Source of the DNA: Candidatus Eiseniibacteriota bacterium | Lineage (GTDB): Bacteria; Eisenbacteria; RBG-16-71-46 | Direction: 5' to 3' | Assembly (NCBI GenBank): GCA_044223005.1 | Contig: JBGAML010000006.1 | Location: 195,827-259,826, forward strand | DNA: 64,000 nucleotides | Part shown: positions 54,100 through 63,100 of the stretch, in pieces | How positions within the stretch are numbered: position 1 is the stretch's first letter | How the letters are laid out: each line of letters begins with the position of its first letter | The notes under the pieces: model-generated | Databases searched by the model: none | Told to the model about the DNA's origin: nothing | Seen by the model: only the letters and a program-made list of their open reading frames with translations | Made by a program: the position numbers and the translations under genes

Positions 54100-56509
54100 G
54101 TTCGACGCGTCACGGCCCCGCGAAGCCGTGATGTGCGCCCACTGCGGGCTTCCGGTGCCCGCGGGGGAGCAGGAGACCGACCCGCCGTTCTGCTGCAACG
54201 GCTGCCGTGTCGCGTGGGACGTGCTGCACGACTCCGGGCTCGCGAAGTACTACGACCTCTCCGAGCGCCGCAGCCTTCGCGTCGACGCCAGCGGGCGGGC
54301 GTTCGCGGAGTTCGATCACGACGCGTTCCAGCAACTCTGGGTGCGCACGCGCGCCGACGGCATGCTCGAGACCGACCTCTACCTCGAGGGCGTGCACTGC
54401 GCCTCGTGCGTGTGGCTGGTCGAGCGGACCCCGCTCGCGGTTCCGGGCGTGGCGCGCGCCGAGCTCGACATGGCGCGCGGGCTCGCGCACCTCGTCTGGG
54501 ATCCGCAGAAGACGACACTTTCGACCGCCGCACGCTTCCTCGACACGATCGGCTACCGCCCGCACCCGTTCCGCGGCGTGAAGGCCGACGTGATGCGGCG
54601 GAAGGAGGATCGCGAGGCGCTGATCCGGATCGGCGTCGCCGGCGCGATCGCGATCAACGTCATGCTCGCGGCCGTCGCCATCTACACCGGCTGGGGCCGC
54701 GGCGGCATGGAGCCGGGGCTCATGCGGTTCTTCCGCTGGGTGAGCATGATCGTCACGGCGCCGACGATGATCTGGCCCGCACGGCCCTTCTACCGCGGGG
54801 CGCTCTCGTCCATCCGTGCGAAGGCGCTCCACATGGACGTGCCGATCGCCATCGCGATCACGGCGGCGTTCGCCCACGGCGTGGTGAACACGGTGCGCGG
54901 CAGCGGGCCCATCTACTTCGACGGCGTCTCGACGCTGGTGTTCCTGCTCCTCTGCGGGCGCTTCCTGCAGACGCGCGCCCAGCGCGCCGCGGTCGATTCC
55001 GCGGAACTCCTGCACGCGCTCTCGCCCGCGCTCGCGCGCGTCGTGGAGACGTCGGGCGTGCGCGAGGTCCCCGCCGAAGCGCTCGTGCCCGGCATGGTCG
55101 TCGAGGTGCGCGACGGCGAAACGCTCCCCGGGGACGGCATCGTGATGGAGGGCCGGTCGGCGCTCGACCGCGCGCTGCTGACGGGCGAATCCGTCCCGCA
55201 GCCCGTCGAGCCCGGCGACGAGGTGTTCGCCGGGACCGTCAACCACGGCGCTGCGCTGCGGATCCGCATCGAGACCGCGGGCGAGGCCTCGCGCGTCGGC
55301 CGCATCCTGGCCGAGGTCGAGCGCAGCGCCGCGCGCCGTGCCCCGATCGTGCGCACCGCCGACGCGATGGCCGGCCAATTCGTGCTCGTCGTGCTCGTGC
55401 TCGCCGTCCTGACGCTGTGGCGCTGGTGGTCCGTGAATCCCGTGCGCGCGTTCGACTACGCGATCGCGCTCATGATCGCCACCTGCCCGTGCGCGCTCGC
55501 GCTGGCCACACCGCTCGCGATCACGGTCGCGATCGGGCGCGCCGCGCGTCGCGGGATCCTCGTGAAGGGCGGCGACGCGCTCGAGTCGCTGAGCCGGCCC
55601 GGCACGCTCGTGCTCGACAAGACCGGCACGCTGACCGAGGGCCGCGTCGCGCTCGCGACGTGGGAGGGGAGCGACGACGCGCGTCCGCTCGTGCTCGCGC
55701 TCGAGCGGCACTCGTCGCACCCGATCGCCGCGGCGTTCGCGGTGGCCTGGCCCGATCTCGCGGTGCCGGTCGCGACGGATGTGCACTCGACCACCGGCGG
55801 CGGCCTCGAGGGCACCGTGGACGGCCGCGCCGTCGTCGTCGGCTCGCCCGCGTTCGTGCGCGCGCGCGTGCGGGACGCCGCGCCCGCCACGCCCGCGACC
55901 GGCGGCCTGACGCCCGTGTGGGTCGGCGTCGACGGCATGCTCGTGGCGCGTGCCGGGCTCGGGGACACGGTGCGCGCGGACGCCGCCGCGACGCTGGCCG
56001 CGCTGCGCGCGCATGGCTGGTCCACGCGGCTCCTCTCGGGCGACGACGCCGGCGTCGTCGACGCCGTGGGCGATTCGCTCGGCTTCGCACCCGACGCGCG
56101 CCGCGGCGGTGCGAGCCCGGAGGACAAGCTCGCCGAGATCGACGCGCTCGCGAAGCAGGGGCACGTCGTGATGGTGGGCGACGGCGTGAACGACGCCGCC
56201 GCCATCGCGCGCGCCACCGTCGGTGTCGGCGTGAAGGGCGGCGCCGAAGCGTGCCTGGCCGCCGCGGACGTGTTCCTCGCGCGGCCCGGTCTGGGTGCAC
56301 TCGCGGAACTCGTCGACGGCGCCGCGCGCACGGTGGGCGTCATCCGCACCGGCATCCTCGTCTCGATCGCGTACAATGCCGTCGGCGTCGGCCTCGCGTT
56401 CTTCGGGCTCATCAATCCGCTCGTCGCCGCGATCATGATGCCGGCCAGTTCGCTCACCGTGGTGCTGATCGCGTGGCGGGGCCGTACGTTCGAGGAGGAG
56501 AAGCGATGA
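54086..56509 (+). CDS. ccoI: Copper-translocating P1B-type ATPase CcoI/FixI
   Basis: CAHC..FCCNGC, CASC, LTGES, CPCAL, DKTGTLT, HP, GDGVND, YN, MPASS. Confidence 0.94.
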   Translation: MSVTEFDASRPREAVMCAHCGLPVPAGEQETDPPFCCNGCRVAWDVLHDSGLAKYYDLSERRSLRVDASGRAFAEFDHDAFQQLWVRTRADGMLETDLYLEGVHCASCVWLVERTPLAVPGVARAELDMARGLAHLVWDPQKTTLSTAARFLDTIGYRPHPFRGVKADVMRRKEDREALIRIGVAGAIAINVMLAAVAIYTGWGRGGMEPGLMRFFRWVSMIVTAPTMIWPARPFYRGALSSIRAKALHMDVPIAIAITAAFAHGVVNTVRGSGPIYFDGVSTLVFLLLCGRFLQTRAQRAAVDSAELLHALSPALARVVETSGVREVPAEALVPGMVVEVRDGETLPGDGIVMEGRSALDRALLTGESVPQPVEPGDEVFAGTVNHGAALRIRIETAGEASRVGRILAEVERSAARRAPIVRTADAMAGQFVLVVLVLAVLTLWRWWSVNPVRAFDYAIALMIATCPCALALATPLAITVAIGRAARRGILVKGGDALESLSRPGTLVLDKTGTLTEGRVALATWEGSDDARPLVLALERHSSHPIAAAFAVAWPDLAVPVATDVHSTTGGGLEGTVDGRAVVVGSPAFVRARVRDAAPATPATGGLTPVWVGVDGMLVARAGLGDTVRADAAATLAALRAHGWSTRLLSGDDAGVVDAVGDSLGFAPDARRGGASPEDKLAEIDALAKQGHVVMVGDGVNDAAAIARATVGVGVKGGAEACLAAADVFLARPGLGALAELVDGAARTVGVIRTGILVSIAYNAVGVGLAFFGLINPLVAAIMMPASSLTVVLIAWRGRTFEEEKR

Positions 56510-56664
56510 GCGTGATCTACATCGTGCTCCCGCTCGCGCTCGTGGTGGTGCTCGCCGCCGTGATCGCCTACGTGTGGGCCGCCCGCAGCGGGCAGTTCGA
56601 CGACACGACGACGCCGTCCGTGCGCCCGCTGATCGAGGACGACGAGGCGCCGAAGGAGAAGTAA
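56506..56664 (+). CDS. ccoS: cbb3 oxidase maturation protein CcoS
   Basis: MSVIYIVLPL...WAARSGQFDD...R.L.ED; ATGA overlap with ccoI. Confidence 0.92.
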   Translation: MSVIYIVLPLALVVVLAAVIAYVWAARSGQFDDTTTPSVRPLIEDDEAPKEK

Positions 56665-57083
56665 CCCCGTCCCGTTGAGCCCCATGGGGTTAGGGGCTCC
56701 GAGCCGCGTGCCAGCCGGGCGAATCCGTGAGAGCGGGGGCGCATTGCGTTTACTCCGACGCGCGCCCGTTTCATGGGACGAAAGGCGTAACTCGCGCAGT
56801 TCCGGCAATTTGCGTTGCGTTCAGCCCACCAAACCCTGCACAATATTTTCATAACATCGCTGCATCCGGCCCCTCCGGCGCGACGCTTCTCTCGCGCCTC
56901 CCGGGGCCACCCTCGGCCACCCGTGCCCGTGAGCACGAGTCAACCCCCAGCTCCACGCGAGCCTGCGAGTCCCCCTGCCGCAGCGTCGGAGTCCCCGATC
57001 GATGCACACCCCTCGCCGCAAGGACGCGTCGTCGAATCCCGTTCTCAACGCTCTTCTTTCTCATAGCCGCACCAGGCCGCTCG

Positions 57084-57114
57084 ACGACCGTGTCGTGGAC
57101 ACGGTCGTTTCTTT
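57084..57114 (+). terminator. Intrinsic terminator-like hairpin in the 5' leader of the giant surface-protein gene
   Basis: acgaccgtgtc-gtg-gacacggtcgt (perfect 11-bp stem) plus ttcttt, directly abutting the SD GGGAGG at 57115-57120. Confidence 0.6.
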
Positions 57115-57130
57115 GGGAGGAAGCACCACC

Positions 57131-60100
57131 ATGTCCCCACGCAGGACCCCGGCCGCGAGAGTCTCGGCCTTCGTTGCGTTCGTACTCCTGCTCACGTTCG
57201 GCCTGACGGGCGCGGCCTGGGCGGCGAACCTCCTGGCGGACGATTTCACGGGAACGGGAAACCTGACCGCGAATGGTTGGACGGCCCACAGTGGAGCGGG
57301 CACGAACCCCTGGACGATCAACACCAACTACCTGCAGTACCCGGGGTTCTTCGGTTCCGAGGTCGGGAACACCGCCGGCAACTCGAGTACCTCCGGTGAA
57401 GATGTCAACAAGGGCTTCACCGCGCAGACGTCCGGAAATGTCTACGTCGCCTTCATGGTGAATCTCGCAACGGCGACCCAGACACCGGACTACTTCGTCC
57501 ATCTCGGCACGACCAGCGGCAGCGGCATCGGGAGCACGTACGCGAAGGTCTGGTGTTCCACGGATGTCGGTGGCACCAACCACTCCTTCGGCCTCTCGAA
57601 GTTCGCGAGCTCGGCGACGGCTTCGACGGGATTCGTCTATCCGAGGCTGACCACGTACCTGATCGTCCTCAAGTACACGTTCGTCGCGGGCTCGCAGAAC
57701 GACGTCGTGAGCCTGTGGATCAACCCCGCGATCGGCGGCACCGAGCCCACGCCGACGCTCACCGTCACCGAGGCCACCCAGGCGGATGCGAGCGCGCTCG
57801 CTTCGATCTGCCTGCGGCAGGGGTCCAACACGCCTTCCGGCCGCATCGACGGCGTGCGCGTCGGGACGACGTGGGCCGATGCCGTCGTTCCCGCGACCCA
57901 GTATCGCTCCGTCGCGAGCGGCGATTGGAACTCGACTTCCACGTGGCAGAGCTCGACGGACGCGGGGACCACCTGGTCCGCGGCCGCGGCCTATCCGCTC
58001 TACACCGACGGCGCGGTCACCGTGCGCAGCCCCAACACGGTGGCGGTTCCCAACCTCGGCACCCTGTACGCGAACGAACTGACGATCGAATCCGGCGCGA
58101 CGGTCTCGGTCGTCAGTGGAATGACCTTCATCCTCAAGGACGGTCCCGGAACCGAGGCGACGGTCAACGGAACGCTCGCAACCTCCGCCAGTGTGCTCAA
58201 CCAGGGCACCATGTCCATTCCCGGAACGTTCCGGATCGATCAGGGCGGATGGGGTGGGAACACGGGCACCTGGACCTACACCTCGACCGGGCAACTCGTC
58301 TTCAACAACAGCAGTGGCAGCTACGGGATCGCGGCGTCGGATGTCTTCTGGCCCACCAACCCGACGAACCTGAACGTCAATGTGCTGGGTGCCGGCGGCC
58401 TCACGCTCAACTCGACACGCACCGTTCCCGGGACCTTCCAGACGTCGGCGGGTGTGACGAACGCCAACAACCTGACGCTCAACGGCACCTGCCAGATCAA
58501 CGCGGGGGGCTTCCTCGTCGGCTCGCCGACGTACGGTGGGTCCAGCACACTCAAGTACAACACGGGCGGCACCTATGGTCGCGGGAGCGAGTGGGCCGCC
58601 GGCGCCAGCGAACCCGCGAACGTGCAGGTCGGCGGAAACACGACGCTGAACTACCCGAACGGCGGCGGCAGCTTCGCGCACACGATCTCGGGCAACCTCA
58701 CCGTGGATTCCGGTTCCGCGTTGTACATGGACTACGGCTCGCCGGGAACTGGTGTCGGTACGCTGACGGTGGGCGGTGATTTCTCGATGGCCGGCAACGT
58801 CTCCCTGGGCAACGCGTCGGGCGGTGACCTGCACGTCGGGGGCAACTTCACCCGCACCGGAGCGGCGGCGTTCCAGCCGAACGGTCGCTCCGTCGAATTC
58901 ACCGGAACGACCGGCAAGTCGATCACGGGCGCGACCGGATTCGACTACCTGACCGTCAGCAACACCGGCGGCTTGGCGCTCAACAGCGACGTCACGGTCA
59001 ACAACCAGCTCGCCCTCGGCGCGAACAAGGTCACCACGGGCGCGAACAAGGTGACGCTCGCCTCCGCGGCCGCGCTGACCCGCTCGAGCGGCTACGTCGT
59101 GGGCAACCTCGCGAGAACGATCGCGACCGGCTCGAGTTCGCCGACGTTCGACATCGGTGACGCGTCCAGCTACACGCCGGTGTCACTGGCGCTCAACAAC
59201 GTCACGGCGGGCGGAACGCTCACCGCCAGCACGACGACCGGGGCGCAGCCCAACCACGGAACGTCGACGTTGAGCGCGACGAAGAAGGTCAATCGCTACT
59301 GGACCTTGAGCAACAGCGGGGTCGTTCCGACCTCCTACGACGCCACGTTCAACTATGTGAGTGGCGACGTCGCGGGCGGCGCGAACACCGCGAACCTGCT
59401 CGTCGGCAAGTACGACGGCTCCAACTGGTCGTATCCGGCGGTTGGAACGCGCACCTCGACCTCGACGCAGGCGACGGGCCTGACGTCGTTCAGCGACTTC
59501 GTACTCGCTGAATCGGGCAGCCTGACCATCACCGCCTCGGCGGGCGCCAATGGCTCGATCTCGCCCAGTGGTGCGGTGTCGGTGGCGAGCGGCGGGAGCC
59601 AGTCGTTCACGATCACGCCGAGCACGGGCTACCACGTGGCGGACGTCCTCGTGGACGGCGTGAGTGTCGGCGCCGTGAACAGCTACGACTTCACGAACGT
59701 GACCGTGAATCACACGATCTCGGCCTCGTTCGCGATCAACACGTATACGCTGACTTACACGGCCGGCGCCAACGGCTCGATCTCGGGGACGAGCCCGCAG
59801 ACGGTGAACTACAACGGAAGTGGCTCGGCGGTGACGGCGGTGCCGGCGACGGGCTACCACTTCGTCGACTGGAGCGACGCCTCCACCGCGAACCCGCGTA
59901 CGGACAGCAACGTGACGGGTGACGTCACGGTGACCGCGAACTTCGCGATCAACACGTACACGCTGACCTACACGGCCGGCGCCAACGGTTCGATCTCGGG
60001 GACGAGCCCGCAGACGGTGAACTACGACGCCAACGGCTCGGCGGTGACGGCGGTGCCGGCGACGGGTTATCACTTCGTCGATTGGAGCGACGCCTCCACC

Positions 60101-63100
60101 GCGAACCCGCGCACGGACACCAACGTGACGGGCGACGTCACGGTGACCGCGAACTTCGCGATCAACACGTACGCGCTGACCGTGGACGCGACGAACGGTT
60201 CGGTGGCGAAGAACCCCGATCAGGCGTCGTACACGCACGGTTCGACCGTCGACCTGACGGCGACGCCGGACGCGAACTACCACTTCACCGGCTGGAGCGG
60301 CGACGCGACGGGCTCGGCGAACCCGTTGACGGTCACGATGGACGCGGCGAAGAACATCACCGCGAACTTCGCGATCGACACCCATGCGCTGACCGTGAAC
60401 GCGACGAACGGTTCGGTGGGGAAGAGCCCCGACCAGGCGTCGTACGCGCACGGCTCGACCGTCGACCTCTCGGCGACGCCGGACGCGGGCTACCACTTCA
60501 CGGGTTGGAGCGGCGACGCTTCGGGCTCGGCGAACCCGCTGACGGTGACGATGGACGCGGCGAAGACCATCACCGCGAACTTCGCGATCAACACCTACGC
60601 GCTGACGGTGAACGCGACCAACGGTTCGGTGGCCAAGAGCCCCGACCAGGCGTCGTACGACCATGGGACGTCGGTGCAGCTGACGGCGACGCCGGACGCG
60701 GGCTACACGTTCACGAGCTGGAGCGGTGACGCTTCGGGCTCGGCGAACCCGCTGACGGTGACGATGGACGCGGCGAAGACGATCACCGCGAACTTCACGC
60801 TGAACACGTACACGATCACGGCGTCGGCGGGTGCCAACGGCACGATCTCGCCGAACGGCGCGTCGACGGTGAACTACGGCGGGTCGCTGGCGTACACGAT
60901 CACGCCGAGCTCGGGCTACCACGTCGCGGACGTCCTGGTGGACGGCTCGAGCGTGGGCGCGCAGACGAGCTACACGTTCACGAACGTCCAGGCCGGGCAC
61001 ACCATCGCGGCCAGCTTCGCGATCGACACGTATACGCTCACGGCGTCGGCCGGCGCGCACGGCAGCATCTCGCCGAACGGCGCGACGACCGTGAACTCCG
61101 GCGGTTCGCAGACCTACACGATCACGCCCGACGCCAACTACGGCGTCGCCGACGTGCTGGTGGACGGCTCGAGCGTCGGTCCGGTGACGAGCTACACGTT
61201 CTCGAACGTGCTCGCCAACCACACGATCGCGGCCTCGTTCACGTCGTCGTACTCGCCGGCCGCGGTCGACGCGGTTTCGCCCGCAGGCACGCTCTCGAGC
61301 GCGACGACGTCGCTCAGCGTCCCGGTCAACCTGTCGCGTTCGTACAACAATGCGATTCGCGCCTTCTCGGTCACGGTCCAGCTGTCCTCGAACCTGTCGC
61401 TGACGGGCGGGACGGCGGGCATCACCGAGGGCTCGCTGCTCAACGGCAACGGTGGCACGACGAGCTTCCACGTCACGGACCTGGGCAGCAACACCTACAA
61501 GGTGGACGGCGCGTTGCTCGGCCTGCCCTGCGACGTGACCGCCCTCACGGGCAACTTCTTCAACGTGGCCGTGGGCAGCTCGGCGGCCAGCGGCACCGGC
61601 ACCGTGACGGTGACGGCGAGCGACCTGCGGGACTGCGACAACGGCATGCTGCCGTCGGCCGCGGGCACGACGGCGTCGGTCGCCATCGACAACGAAGCCC
61701 CTGTGGCCGCAGTGACGTCGCCCAACGGCGGCGAGTTCTGGGTCGCGGGTTCCTCGCACGCGATCACGTGGACCGCGACGGACAACTCGGCCGTTGCGTC
61801 GGTCGACATCGCGTATTCGACGGACGGTGGCGCGACCTATCCGAACGTCGTCGCGACGGCGATCGCGAACAGCGGTTCGTACGCCTGGACCGTGCCGTCG
61901 ACGCTGTCGACCACGGCGCGCGTTCGCGTCACCGCGCACGACGACCACGGCAACAGCGGTTCCGACGCCAGCGACGCCGACTTCACGATCGGCCAGTGGA
62001 TCGTCACCGCCTCGGCCGGCGCCAACGGCAGCATCACGCCGAGCGGCTCGGTGGGCGTGAACGACGGCGCGAGCCAGGCGTTCACGATCACGCCGGCGGC
62101 GCACTACCACGTGGCCGACGTACTGGTGGACGGCGTCTCGGCCGGCACCGTGGGGAGCTACACGTTCACGAACGTGCACGCGAACCACACGATTGCGGCC
62201 AGCTTCGCGATCGACACCTACACGATCACCGCGACGGCGGGCTCGGGCGGCAGCATCGCGCCGGCCGGTACGTCCACGGTGAACTACGACGGTTCGCTGG
62301 CGTACACGATCACGCCGAACACGGGCTTCCACATCGCCGACGTGAAGGTCGACGGGGTGAGCCAGGGCGCGATCGGGTCGTACACGTTCAGCAACGTGTC
62401 GGCGAACCACACGATCGACGCGACGTTCGCGATCAACACGTACGCGTTGACCGCGACGGCGGGCTCGGGCGGCAGCATCGCGCCGACGGGCACGACGACG
62501 GTCAACTACGGTGACTCGCAGACGTACACGGTGACGCCGGACGCCGGCTACCACATCGCCGACCTCAAGGTCGACGGGGTGAGCCAGGGCGCGATCGGGA
62601 CCTATACGTTCAGCAATGTGTCGGCGAACCACACGATCGACGCCACGTTCGCGATCAACACGTACACGCTGACCGCGACGGCGGGTTCGGGCGGCAGCAT
62701 CGCCCCGGCCGGCACGACGACGGTGAACTACGGCGACACGCAGAGCTACACGATCACCCCGGCGACCGGCTACCACGTCGCAGACGTTCTCGTGGACGGC
62801 GTGTCGGTGGGGGCGGTGACGAGCTACGACTTCACGAGCGTCGCGGCGAACCACACGATCGATGCGACGTTCGCGATCAACACCTACACGTTGACGGCGA
62901 CGGCGGGCTCGGGCGGCAGCATCGCCCCGGCCGGCACGACGAGCGTCAACTACGGCGATTCGCAGGCGTACACGATCACGCCGAGCGCCGGCTACCACAT
63001 CCTCGACGTCAAGGTGGACGGCGTCTCGGTGGGAACGGGCGCCAGCTACACCTTCTCGGGGGTGTCGGCGAACCACACGATCGGCGCGACGTTCGCGATC

